A DNA stretch of 32,000 nt from Formosa sp. Hel1_33_131 (lineage in GTDB: Bacteria; Bacteroidota; Bacteroidia; Flavobacteriales; Flavobacteriaceae), in assembly GCF_001735745.1 (NCBI RefSeq), contig NZ_CP017260.1:1320001-1352000 (forward strand), written 5' to 3'. Shown here piece by piece: positions 10,125 through 19,707 of the stretch (position 1 is the first letter of the stretch; each line of letters starts with the position of its first letter). A program made the position numbers and the translations under genes. The notes under the pieces are model-generated. The model was not told the DNA's origin and ran no database searches. It was given only the letters and a program-made list of their open reading frames with translations.

Positions 10125-10132
10125 CAAATATA
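10125..10132 (-). promoter_or_regulatory. Candidate -7 promoter box (TATATTTG) for the M1 peptidase/rnpA/S41 unit
   Basis: The reverse complement of caaatata is TATATTTG (TAnnTTTG). It lies 25 nt upstream of the ATG at 10099, in the only sizeable spacer (96 bp) of this gene run. Confidence 0.35.
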
Positions 10133-10195
10133 ACATCTATTAACTAGTTTTGCTGGTTGCCTAGTTTTAGTTATCAATGGTTCATGGTTTTAGAA

Positions 10196-11809
10196 TCATT
10201 TAGACAGCTTTGACGCCATTAGTAATGCGTTATAAACGTTGACGATTCTTCCTGATTTTGACAGATCAGAAAAGGGCACCACAGTACCATTTTCTAAAGA
10301 TACTTTTTTATTAATAGCAATCCCAGAGGTCATTAGTATTTGTTTTACTTGTGCCGCACTTAAGTTTGGATATTGCGAAAATATCAAAGCTGCCACACCT
10401 GCCACCATTGGGGAAGCCATGGAAGTTCCGCTTGCAAATTCGTAGCTATTTTTAGGATAGGTTGAATAAATTTGAGAACCTGGCGCAAACACATCTACCG
10501 TGTTTTCCCCATAATTGGAATAGCTAGCAGCCAATGTTGAGCCGTATTTTGGACCGTTTGATCCGACCTTAACAAAATTGTTAGCCACCTCAGCTCCATT
10601 GTCGATTTGATCGTTCGGGAAATAATTATTTTCATCGGTGTTTTTGCCATCATTTCCAGATCCAGCCACAATCAACACATCTTTTTTAGCTGCATAAGCA
10701 ATGGCGTCTCTCACCCAATCACTATGAGGCGAAAACTTTTTACCAAAACTCATATTAATAACTTTAGCACCATTATCAACGGCGTAATACACCCCTAAAG
10801 CCACATCCTTGTCGTATTCATCGCCATTAGGTGTGTTGCGGATCGCCATAATTTTTACATTATTAGCCACCCCATTCATTCCAATTCCATTGTTGCGTTC
10901 GGCGGCTATAATACCAGAAACATGAGTTCCATGACTGCGGCCATTTTTTGGTCTTACATCATTATCACCATAAGAGCGATCGTTCAAATCGTTAGGGTTA
11001 TCTCCAACAATACTTCTTCCATCAAAGTCCACATTTAAACTATAATCTAAACGATCGTTGAAAGATTTAAGCCCTCGCTTCATATCTTTCATCATCGCAT
11101 CCATACTCTCAAATCCAAACCCATAGGATTGTTTGATAATATTCAGATGTTTTAATAACGCCTTATCTGTTGTAGAGATGCCTTCCACATCTTCTTTTGT
11201 ATAATTAGGGTTTTTTAAATAGTCTGCTACCGCAGCATCCGCAGTGCTTAATTTCCCTATAATTCCATCGTATTGTCTTTTTAGACGGCTTGTGCTCTCC
11301 CGCTCTTTTGTAAGCAATTCTTTTGCCTCTGCATAGCGAGGGTGGGTTGTATCGCCACTTGCTATTAGTCGCACATATTCTAACTGTTCGTTGTTGGATT
11401 CCCCAAGGAAATTCCAACCATTCACATCGTCTATGTACCCGTTGTTGTCATCGTCTTTTCCATTGTTAGGAATTTCATCAGCATTGACCCAAATAGTATC
11501 TTTTAAATCTTCGTGATGAATGTCGATTCCAGAGTCAATAACCGCTACAATCACTGTTTTACTCTTTGGTTTCACCAATTTTTTATAGGCTTTATGTAAG
11601 CTTATCCCAGGGACTGTATCTGTTTTGAGGTCTAAATGACTCCATTCTTTTTCTTCGGCGTCTGTAAGATCTACTGCTTTAAGTGGAATTAAATCAATAT
11701 TTTCAATGGGGGTTGATACGATGGGGGCAGTTGATCCGCAGCTTAAAATAAAGAAGACACCCAAAAGATAGGTGATTCTTTGAAGTAGTTTGTGTAGGTT
11801 TGAGTTCAT
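10196..11809 (-). CDS. S8 family (subtilisin-like) serine peptidase, probable lipoprotein
   Basis: 537 aa with a lipobox-like FFILSCGS. The catalytic triad motifs are AVIDSGID (Asp), HGTHVSGIIAA (His) and GTSMASPMVAGVAAL (Ser). Confidence 0.9.
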   Translation of the reverse strand: MNSNLHKLLQRITYLLGVFFILSCGSTAPIVSTPIENIDLIPLKAVDLTDAEEKEWSHLDLKTDTVPGISLHKAYKKLVKPKSKTVIVAVIDSGIDIHHEDLKDTIWVNADEIPNNGKDDDNNGYIDDVNGWNFLGESNNEQLEYVRLIASGDTTHPRYAEAKELLTKERESTSRLKRQYDGIIGKLSTADAAVADYLKNPNYTKEDVEGISTTDKALLKHLNIIKQSYGFGFESMDAMMKDMKRGLKSFNDRLDYSLNVDFDGRSIVGDNPNDLNDRSYGDNDVRPKNGRSHGTHVSGIIAAERNNGIGMNGVANNVKIMAIRNTPNGDEYDKDVALGVYYAVDNGAKVINMSFGKKFSPHSDWVRDAIAYAAKKDVLIVAGSGNDGKNTDENNYFPNDQIDNGAEVANNFVKVGSNGPKYGSTLAASYSNYGENTVDVFAPGSQIYSTYPKNSYEFASGTSMASPMVAGVAALIFSQYPNLSAAQVKQILMTSGIAINKKVSLENGTVVPFSDLSKSGRIVNVYNALLMASKLSK

Positions 11810-11820
11810 TTTTTTGAGTT

Positions 11821-12678
11821 TTAAAATAGATTATTAAAGGCGTAAGTATCGTTCAGGCGCACCCCTTTTTCGGTATGCTTGACGGTAATTAATTCGTTAT
11901 GAGCGTCATGTTCCAAAAGTAAAAAATAATTTTGATCCGCAGCCAGTTTTAAAAAACGATCTTTTTCGTCTAAAGTTAGCAGCGGTCTTGTGTCGTATCC
12001 CATGACAAAAGGCAGAGAGATATGTCCTACGGTTGGCAACAAATCAGCCATAAAACAAATGGTTTTTCCTTTATAGGAAATCATCGGTATCATCTGTTTA
12101 TCTGTATGTCCGTTTGCAAAAAACACATCAAACCCCAAACTCGTATTTCGCAGTATATCTCCGTCCGGAACGGGGATATGTTTTAAGTGTCCACTTGCTT
12201 CGATTGGCATAATATTCTCTGTCAAAAAAGAAGCACGCTCCCGTTTATTGGGATTTAGAGCCCATTGCCAATGGTCCTCGTTACTCCAAAAAGTAGCATT
12301 TTTAAAGGCAATTTCATAGCCCGTTCTATCAGAATTCCATTGCACGCAACCCCCACAATGATCAAAATGTAAGTGGGTCAAAAACACATCTGTGACGTCG
12401 TCTCTACAAAACCCGTGTGAAGCAAGCGCGCCGTCCAACGAATGCGTTCCCCAACGGTAATAGTAATTAAAAAATTTATCACTTTGTTTGGTTCCCATCC
12501 CCGTATCAATTAAAATTAAACGGTTTCCGTCTTCGATCAACAAACAGCGAGACGCAATATCAATCATGTTGTTTTCGTCCGCAGGGTTTGTTTTGTTCCA
12601 GATCGCTTTTGGTACAACACCAAACATTGCCCCCCCGTCTAATTTAAAATTACCAACATTGATAGGGTATAGCCTCAT
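11821..12678 (-). CDS. MBL-fold metallo-hydrolase
   Basis: 285 aa with the HxHxDH motif (THLHFDHCGG) and downstream His/Asp ligands. Confidence 0.8.
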   Translation of the reverse strand: MRLYPINVGNFKLDGGAMFGVVPKAIWNKTNPADENNMIDIASRCLLIEDGNRLILIDTGMGTKQSDKFFNYYYRWGTHSLDGALASHGFCRDDVTDVFLTHLHFDHCGGCVQWNSDRTGYEIAFKNATFWSNEDHWQWALNPNKRERASFLTENIMPIEASGHLKHIPVPDGDILRNTSLGFDVFFANGHTDKQMIPMISYKGKTICFMADLLPTVGHISLPFVMGYDTRPLLTLDEKDRFLKLAADQNYFLLLEHDAHNELITVKHTEKGVRLNDTYAFNNLF

Positions 12679-12679
12679 C

Positions 12680-14875
12680 TTAAACCTTGTTTATGATTGC
12701 ATTTAACCGAACCCCAAAGTCCAACAAGGCTTTGATTTCCTTTATGCTTGCGATGCGTTCTTTATTAAAAATCAATAACCCGTCTTTACTAGATTCGATA
12801 TGATAATAGGCGTTGCTTTCAAAAAACCGCACGAGTTCGTCTGTAAAAAGGGATCTAATTTCCTGAGCATTTTCGCCTCTTAAATAAAATCGTTTTGAGA
12901 AATCAGCGTGGTTTTTAATCTCAATATCTCTATAGCCAGCTAAGGTGTAAAACCGTTCTAACAAGCCCTCTCGGTCCAATGTAAACACAGGAACATTTGG
13001 GGAGGTTTTGATATAAAGCATGGTGGATCGGACAACTTCCTTGGCGATAAATTCCCCTTCCGAAAAGGTGATATCAAACAAACGATAAGGGTCGTTTTTC
13101 CTTGATAGTTGATTAAAAACATGCTCCACCTTTTTTGTTTTAAAATAGATGAAGTTTTCTAAAAACACAGTGTTTCTACGCTTTAGAGGATCATAAGTCA
13201 ATTTAAAATCCGCTGCGACGAGTTCAAGATTATTTTGACGTTTTGTTTTGTTGTCAGGGATGATATTTTGAAGCGGTAACAAGCGTCTCAATGCAAACGG
13301 GTGTTCTGACTTTGTACCTAAGATGTCCAATCCAATGACACCAATATTCCCCCCTTTTTTATGAAATAATTCTTGATAATCATGGATGTTTTCCATGACG
13401 GAATGGTCCACAAAACCACACAATGAAAAATCAACAATCACATCACTTTGTTCGGGAATGGCCTCTAGTTTGTTTTTGAGGATGTTAAAATTTAAAAAAC
13501 TACAGAAATGCTTTATACTCAAAAAATAACTTCCATCTTCTTCCTTAAACATGAGCACATTTGGTTTTAGAATATTTTTTATAAATAAACTTAAACTTTT
13601 TGTGACTACAATATGAATGATAAAAGTGGCAATTAATCCCGCAACAATTCCAGAAATCAATCCCACTTTAAGGGTGACAAACAGGGTTGCAAAGAAGATG
13701 ATGAGTTGTTCTTTTCCAATGGTAAAAATACGACGCACCACGTCAGGGGATGCGAGCTTATAGCCTGTATATACAAGAATTGCCATCAAGGCGGTGAGTG
13801 GAATTCGGGTCAACTCCTTACTAAACAGAACAATAAACACGACCAGAAACAAGGCATGAAATAAATTTGAAGAGCGATTGCTTCCGCCGTTGTTCACGTT
13901 TACCGAACTTCTTGCAATGACGGTTACGACATTTAACCCTCCTAAAAACCCACTTACAACCGTTGCCAGTCCGAGGGCCTTAATGTCTTTATTGACGTTG
14001 GATCGTCTTTTACGGACGTCTAATTTATCAACGGCTTTGATGCTTAATAAGGATTCAATACTGGCAATTAAGGTCAGTGCAATGACGCTTGACCAAAAGG
14101 AAAGTGTCCCTACCATTTCAAAGTTTGGCGTTGGGATGTCCGTTATTATTTCCTGAATATTTGGAATCCCCGGAATCATATAAGCACTTGAAATGGGGTT
14201 TGGTGTTTTCAGGATTAACTCATAATAATAACTAAATCCAACAGATAGAATGACAATCCACATGGGCGCAGGAATCAACTGAAGGTATTTGTTTCGAATC
14301 TTTGAATAAAAGACCATAATTGCCAAGCTTAGAATCCCTGCCACAGCGGCATAAATTAAGCTTTTATCCTCAAACTGAAAGACGGTAATAATGGTGTTTG
14401 GAATTTCTAACAGGTAGTCAATTCCACTGTCTCTGACAATTTTATTGCCAAGCATGATGTGGAACTGTTTGCCTAAAATAATAAGTCCAATAGCTGCTAA
14501 CATTCCCTGAATTGCTGAGGACGGAAAATAGTCTGCCAATTTTCCGAGTCTTAAAAACCCAAGAATGACTAAGATGATTCCCGAGCAAATAATGGCTGCA
14601 TAGGTAGCCGTTAACCCCAGTGTTGTAATGGCGACTAAAACAACGCCTACCAAGCCGTTTCCAGGCCCAGAAATGGTAACAAAGCTTCCGCCCAAAATTG
14701 AGACGATTACACCGCCAACGATTGCGGTAATGACTCCTGCAATTGGAGGTGCCTCACTCGCCATTGCCAATCCCAACCCAAGGGGCAGTGCAATAAGACT
14801 GACCACTAAGCCAGAAAACATATTTTTAGGTAAGGCTTTTATAAACCCAACAAATGAATTTTCTTTGGTTCTCAT
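12680..14875 (-). CDS. SulP family inorganic anion transporter with STAS domain and a ~200-aa uncharacterised C-terminal extension
   Basis: 731 aa. The N-terminal membrane core has SulP motifs (LPLGLGLAMASEAPPIAGVITAIVGG, ARSSVNVNNGG). A STAS-like segment follows, then about 204 extra residues (12683-13294) that I cannot assign. Confidence 0.85.
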   Translation of the reverse strand: MRTKENSFVGFIKALPKNMFSGLVVSLIALPLGLGLAMASEAPPIAGVITAIVGGVIVSILGGSFVTISGPGNGLVGVVLVAITTLGLTATYAAIICSGIILVILGFLRLGKLADYFPSSAIQGMLAAIGLIILGKQFHIMLGNKIVRDSGIDYLLEIPNTIITVFQFEDKSLIYAAVAGILSLAIMVFYSKIRNKYLQLIPAPMWIVILSVGFSYYYELILKTPNPISSAYMIPGIPNIQEIITDIPTPNFEMVGTLSFWSSVIALTLIASIESLLSIKAVDKLDVRKRRSNVNKDIKALGLATVVSGFLGGLNVVTVIARSSVNVNNGGSNRSSNLFHALFLVVFIVLFSKELTRIPLTALMAILVYTGYKLASPDVVRRIFTIGKEQLIIFFATLFVTLKVGLISGIVAGLIATFIIHIVVTKSLSLFIKNILKPNVLMFKEEDGSYFLSIKHFCSFLNFNILKNKLEAIPEQSDVIVDFSLCGFVDHSVMENIHDYQELFHKKGGNIGVIGLDILGTKSEHPFALRRLLPLQNIIPDNKTKRQNNLELVAADFKLTYDPLKRRNTVFLENFIYFKTKKVEHVFNQLSRKNDPYRLFDITFSEGEFIAKEVVRSTMLYIKTSPNVPVFTLDREGLLERFYTLAGYRDIEIKNHADFSKRFYLRGENAQEIRSLFTDELVRFFESNAYYHIESSKDGLLIFNKERIASIKEIKALLDFGVRLNAIINKV

Positions 14876-15720
14876 TGGACAATTAATACATCGGTTGGTA
14901 ATTCAGTTAAAATATGTTCGATATCGTGTGGAAATAAACGGTCCCAAAAGGTCATTTTCGCTGGAGCATTCATCACTAATAAATCGGCTCTGGCGACTTG
15001 TGCATAATGCCCTATTGAATACCCGCGTTTTCCAAAAATAGGCTGAGATTTTATCGCCAAATCTTTTGTGTAATCCGCAGGAATTGTGTCTAATATTTTT
15101 TTAACGCGCGCCTCTTCTCTTAAACGCAAACGTTCTTTAATGATGGTTGATTTTCTAAGGGATTTGTCATCATCAACTTTTACACTTACTTCTTCTTGGT
15201 CAATTTCTTCAACGACCGTAATTTTATCAGCCCCTAAATGGTGACCAACAAAAAAGGCCGTATTGACAGTTTCTTTTGTTTTTGGATCTTTCAAGCCATT
15301 AACCACAATGTGTTTACAGGGTACCCGCTCTTTGGAAGGATTGATTAAAAGCAACACGGAACAACTTGCTTGTCGTGTGATTTTTCGTGCAATAGACCCT
15401 AGGTAGTATTTTAAAAAGTTTTCTTTTTTGAGGGCTCCAATGATAAGGAGGTCCACGTTTTTTTCTACGGTTGAGGACAGAATGACATCTACAGGATCAC
15501 CAGACTTGAATAAAATCTCAAATTCTAAACCGTCATTTTCAAAGGGTTTTAAGAATTTTAAAAATGTTTTTGATTTTTTATCAGAAGATTCCCCGACATG
15601 AATCAATACTAATTTGCTACCAAAACACAAAGCCAGTCGTGCGGCTTCATTAATATTGGCCTCTAGATTTGGGGAAAAAGTAACTCCAATTCCAATCGTT
15701 TTAAAAGCAATAGTATTCAA
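14872..15720 (-). CDS. Universal stress protein (tandem Usp domains)
   Basis: 282 aa with two UspA-like halves (LVLIHVGE..., DLLIIGA; then ADLLVMNA). Its stop overlaps the sulP start by 4 nt. Confidence 0.75.
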   Translation of the reverse strand: MNTIAFKTIGIGVTFSPNLEANINEAARLALCFGSKLVLIHVGESSDKKSKTFLKFLKPFENDGLEFEILFKSGDPVDVILSSTVEKNVDLLIIGALKKENFLKYYLGSIARKITRQASCSVLLLINPSKERVPCKHIVVNGLKDPKTKETVNTAFFVGHHLGADKITVVEEIDQEEVSVKVDDDKSLRKSTIIKERLRLREEARVKKILDTIPADYTKDLAIKSQPIFGKRGYSIGHYAQVARADLLVMNAPAKMTFWDRLFPHDIEHILTELPTDVLIVQ

Positions 15721-15790
15721 TCGGTTTTATGTTTAAAGTTTATCCTGAAATATAAGACTTTCTTTAAAAATATAAAAACTGAAAATGAGA

Positions 15791-17587
15791 TTAATCGTTG
15801 AGCTTCAAAACAGCCATAAATGCCTCTTGCGGAATTTCTACATTTCCAACTTGTCGCATTCGTTTTTTACCCTTTTTCTGATTTTCTAAAAGTTTTCGTT
15901 TTCTCGAAATATCTCCTCCATAACACTTGGCGGTCACATCTTTTCGTACCGCTTTAACGGTTTCTCTCGAAATGATTTTTGCACCAATTGCGGCCTGAAT
16001 AGGAATGTCAAATTGTTGCCTTGGAATGAGTTCCTTTAGTTTGGCACACATTTTTTTACCAATGTTTACCGAGTTATCGATGTGAATTAATGCAGAAAGT
16101 GCATCTACCGTTTGACCGTTAAGCAACACATCGACTCTTACTAATTTTGAAACTCGCATCCCAATTGGTGAATAATCGAACGAGGCATAGCCTTTAGAAA
16201 CGGTTTTCAATCGGTCATAAAAGTCAAATACAATTTCAGCCAAAGGCATATCAAATGTTAATTCTACACGCTCGGGCGTCAAATAGGTTTGACTTGTAAT
16301 TTGCCCCCGTTTTTCGATACACAAGGACATGACGTTTCCAACAAAATCAGATTTTGTAATGATGGACGCTTTAATGTAAGGCTCTTCCACACGGTCCAAT
16401 CCAGAAGGATCAGGCAAATCGGTTGGGTTGTTAAGTATCACAACGGTATCGGGGTCTTTACGCGTAAAAGCGTGGTAAGACACATTGGGAACGGTTGTAA
16501 TGACCGTCATATTAAATTCGCGCTCTAAACGTTCTTGTATGATTTCTAAGTGCAGCATTCCTAAAAACCCACATCGAAATCCAAAGCCTAAAGCCGCAGA
16601 ACTTTCTGCTTGAAAGACTAAAGAGGCATCATTCAATTGGAGTTTTTCCATGGAAGCGCGCAGCTCTTCATATTCTTCAGTATCTACAGGATAGAGTCCT
16701 GCAAAAACCATTGGTTTTACATCTTCAAACCCTTCAACGGCTTCGGTTGTTGGGAAGTTGGCATCTGTAATGGTGTCTCCTACTTTGACATCGCGAGCAT
16801 CTTTTATCCCCGTAATTAAGTAGCCAACATCGCCTGTTTTTATTTCTTTTTTAGGGGTTTGCGTCAGGTTGAGCGTACCAACCTCATCTGCACCATATAC
16901 TTTTCCAGTCGCAATAAACTTTACCTGTTGGTTTTTTTTAATGCTTCCGTTTTTGATTTTAAAATAGGTTTCAACGCCTCTAAAAGAGTTGTAAACAGAA
17001 TCAAAAACAAGCGCTTGTAGCGGTGCTTCTGGATCTCCTTTTGGAGGAGGTATATTTTCTATAATTGCGGTTAGAATCGCCTCAATACCAATACCTGTTT
17101 TTGCACTTGCAGGAATTACATCGGCTGCATCACAACCGAGTAAATCAACGATATCATCGGTGACTTCTTCTGGATTTGCGCTTGGTAAATCGACTTTATT
17201 TAAAACGGGAATAATTTCTAAATCATTCTCGAGTGCTAAATATAAATTTGAAATGGTTTGTGCTTGAATGCTTTGTGCAGCATCTACAATCAATAGTGCG
17301 CCTTCACAGGCGGCGATGGACCGAGAGACCTCGTAACTAAAATCGACATGACCGGGGGTGTCAATTAAGTTTAAAACATACTCTTGCCCTTTATAGGTGT
17401 AATCCATTTGAATCGCATGCGATTTGATGGTAATACCACGCTCGCGCTCCAAATCCATACTGTCGAGTAATTGGCTTTGTTTTTCACGCTCTGTTACGGC
17501 GCCCGTAAAATCCAATAAGCGATCTGCCAAAGTACTTTTACCGTGGTCAATGTGTGCGATGATACAAAAGTTTCTTATATACTTCAT
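15791..17587 (-). CDS. lepA: Translation elongation factor 4 (LepA)
   Basis: 598 aa. It has GTPase motifs ([21 protein letters not shown]) and the LepA-specific C-terminal domain. Confidence 0.95.
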   Translation of the reverse strand: MKYIRNFCIIAHIDHGKSTLADRLLDFTGAVTEREKQSQLLDSMDLERERGITIKSHAIQMDYTYKGQEYVLNLIDTPGHVDFSYEVSRSIAACEGALLIVDAAQSIQAQTISNLYLALENDLEIIPVLNKVDLPSANPEEVTDDIVDLLGCDAADVIPASAKTGIGIEAILTAIIENIPPPKGDPEAPLQALVFDSVYNSFRGVETYFKIKNGSIKKNQQVKFIATGKVYGADEVGTLNLTQTPKKEIKTGDVGYLITGIKDARDVKVGDTITDANFPTTEAVEGFEDVKPMVFAGLYPVDTEEYEELRASMEKLQLNDASLVFQAESSAALGFGFRCGFLGMLHLEIIQERLEREFNMTVITTVPNVSYHAFTRKDPDTVVILNNPTDLPDPSGLDRVEEPYIKASIITKSDFVGNVMSLCIEKRGQITSQTYLTPERVELTFDMPLAEIVFDFYDRLKTVSKGYASFDYSPIGMRVSKLVRVDVLLNGQTVDALSALIHIDNSVNIGKKMCAKLKELIPRQQFDIPIQAAIGAKIISRETVKAVRKDVTAKCYGGDISRKRKLLENQKKGKKRMRQVGNVEIPQEAFMAVLKLND

Positions 17588-17620
17588 TTACTCTATTTCA
17601 GGATGCGTTGTATGCGAAGG

Positions 17621-17628
17621 CAAAAGTA
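17621..17628 (-). promoter_or_regulatory. Candidate -7 promoter box (TACTTTTG) for lepA
   Basis: The reverse complement of caaaagta is TACTTTTG. It lies 33 nt upstream of the lepA ATG (17587), in the 71-bp gltX-lepA spacer. Confidence 0.35.
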
Positions 17629-17658
17629 ATCAAATTTCTTACACAACATTTAGATTAA

Positions 17659-19176
17659 TTAGTGACGGTCGATCAGTGTTTGAATCCGTTTGATTGTTTC
17701 GGTTTTCCCAATGAGATATACGATGTCAAATACGTCTGCTCCTTCCAATGCACCAACAAGTGCGACTCTTAGCGGCATCATGATTTTTCCAAAGCCTATT
17801 TCGTTTTGAGTAATCCATCCTTTTACAGTGGTTTGAAGCGTTTCAACAGTACTGTCGTCGGCGGTTTCAAGTACTACAATTAATTGTTGCATCAGGTCTT
17901 TGGAATGTTCTTTCCACGCTTTTTTAAGGGCTGCTTCTGCGTAATTTTCGGGTGCTTTAAAAAAGTAATGACTTAGTCCCCAAAATTCTGAAGGAAAGGT
18001 TGCCCGTTCTTTGATGTGCGCTACCACAAGCTCTACATAGCCAAGGTCCATCGCTGCAATTTCTGACGTGGTGTTTACAAAGGCTGTTGCCAAGTCTTCA
18101 TTTTCTGCCTTTTGCATGTATTGGTGGTTGAACCATTTTGTTTTGTCTGGGTCAAATCGTGCGCCTGCTTTATGAACGTTTTTCAAATCAAACGCTTTTA
18201 CAAGTTCTTCTAAGCTAAAAATCTCTTGTTCCGTGCCGGGGTTCCAGCCTAAGAATGCCAAGAAATTGATGACGGCTTCCGAAAAGTAACCACTTTCTTT
18301 ATAGCCTTTTGAGACGCTATTGGTTGAGGGGTCTTCCCAGTTCAATGGAAATACCGGAAAACCGAGTTTATCACCGTCGCGTTTGCTCAGTTTTCCTTTT
18401 CCTGTTGGTTTTAAGATTAGGGGTAAGTGTGCAAATTCAGGGGCTTTCCATCCAAATGCGTTGTAAAGCAATTGGTGCAATGCCAAGGAGGGTAACCACT
18501 CTTCTCCACGAATGACGTGTGTTATTTTCATTAAATAATCGTCCACCACATTGGCAAGGTGGTAGGTAGGCATGCCGTCCGATTTGAACAATACCTTATC
18601 ATCCAGTGTGTTGGTGTCAATTTTTATGTCGCCTCTGATGAGGTCTGTAAGCGCAAGCGTTTCATCTTGTGGGGCTAAAAAACGTACCACATAGGCATCG
18701 CCATTTGCTATTTTAACATCTACCTCTTCTTTGGATAAGACCAAAGAATTAACCAGTCGACCTCGGGTTCTGTTGTGCCAATTGTAAATGAAAGTTTTGC
18801 CTTTTGCCTCGTGATTTTTACGCTCTCCGTCTAGGGCTTCCGCCGTGTCAAAGGCATAATAAGCCTTGTTGGTTTCGATCAGTAAATCCACATATTGTTT
18901 GTACAGATGCTTGCGTTCACTTTGTCGGTACGGGCCAAAACCGCCGTCTTTTCCGGGGCCTTCATCAAACGGAATGTTGCACCAGTCCAGTGCGTTTACC
19001 ATATAGTCTTCGGCGCCATCCACATAACGTTTTTGGTCGGTATCTTCGACACGCAGCACAAAAGTACCTCCGTGTTTTTTGGCGAATAAATAATTAAATA
19101 GAGCGGTTCGCACACCTCCAATATGGAGTGGCCCTGTGGGGCTTGGTGCAAATCGTACGCGAATGGAAGTGTTCAT
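17659..19176 (-). CDS. gltX: Glutamate--tRNA ligase
   Basis: 505 aa. It has a class I signature (PSPTGPLHIGGVRTAL) and KMSKS-type KLSKRDG. Confidence 0.95.
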   Translation of the reverse strand: MNTSIRVRFAPSPTGPLHIGGVRTALFNYLFAKKHGGTFVLRVEDTDQKRYVDGAEDYMVNALDWCNIPFDEGPGKDGGFGPYRQSERKHLYKQYVDLLIETNKAYYAFDTAEALDGERKNHEAKGKTFIYNWHNRTRGRLVNSLVLSKEEVDVKIANGDAYVVRFLAPQDETLALTDLIRGDIKIDTNTLDDKVLFKSDGMPTYHLANVVDDYLMKITHVIRGEEWLPSLALHQLLYNAFGWKAPEFAHLPLILKPTGKGKLSKRDGDKLGFPVFPLNWEDPSTNSVSKGYKESGYFSEAVINFLAFLGWNPGTEQEIFSLEELVKAFDLKNVHKAGARFDPDKTKWFNHQYMQKAENEDLATAFVNTTSEIAAMDLGYVELVVAHIKERATFPSEFWGLSHYFFKAPENYAEAALKKAWKEHSKDLMQQLIVVLETADDSTVETLQTTVKGWITQNEIGFGKIMMPLRVALVGALEGADVFDIVYLIGKTETIKRIQTLIDRH

Positions 19177-19194
19177 GGTCTTGTATTAGTGCCA

Positions 19195-19202
19195 CAAAGA
19201 TA
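19195..19202 (-). promoter_or_regulatory. Candidate -7 promoter box (TATCTTTG) for gltX
   Basis: The reverse complement of caaagata is TATCTTTG. It lies 18 nt upstream of the gltX ATG (19176). Confidence 0.3.
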
Positions 19203-19269
19203 GAATTGCTGAAGGCATTCCCCAAAGAAATAGGTGGTGTTTTTGATTCGGTTGTTTTAGGGATAATTA

Positions 19270-19707
19270 ATCATAGTCAACCATTTTAATATCGAGTCAT
19301 CTGAGATGAGTCGAAATAGTTGTAGAACTAACTTGATTAAATTCCATTATTTTCCCCCAAGTTCCATGATTATTTCTGTAAAGAGATGTAAAACCATTTC
19401 CATAGCAACGTTTCATTTTAAAGATAGAAACTAAAGCATATTTTTTGTTTTTCCACAATTTTTTTTTGTTCTAAAGCCATTTAATTTTTACAATTATCCT
19501 CACTCAACTTGCCGATTTCCCCATAGCCAGCAACCGGGTTAGTCAACATAGTATTCATGTTTGAGCTATCGCCAACACGAATACTTAGTTATTACCTGTC
19601 TGGCTTTTCTTTCCACAAACAGGCTAGCGTTGGCGAAGACATACTCTTTTACAGTTTTGGCGTTGAGCTGGCTGTAGCGACTGTAAATGTGTATGGCTTT
19701 GCGTTGG
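19270..19707 (-). pseudogene. Degenerate ORF debris, possibly a transposase/mobile-element gene remnant
   Basis: There is no ORF of 60 aa or more. Minus-strand frames give short pieces interrupted by stops and frame changes: QRKAIHIYSRYSQLNAKTVKEYVFANASLFVERKARQVITKY.., ..NPVAGYGEIGKLSEDNCKN*, MKRCYGNGFTSLYRNNHGTWGKIMEFNQV... The last piece loosely resembles the K-R-x-x-G-x-x-R-x-R-G C-terminal motif of DDE transposases. The 19560-19705 stretch is noticeably more GC-rich than its surroundings. Confidence 0.3.

Noticed and set aside
18309-19097. Plus-strand ORFs of 64-97 aa antisense to gltX, and similar antisense ORFs in rnr, lepA, sulP, the S41, M1 and S8 peptidases, mnmG and others
   Set aside because: They are nested in strongly supported conserved genes and have no recognisable motifs. 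Their Arg/Cys/His-rich composition is typical of antisense frames.
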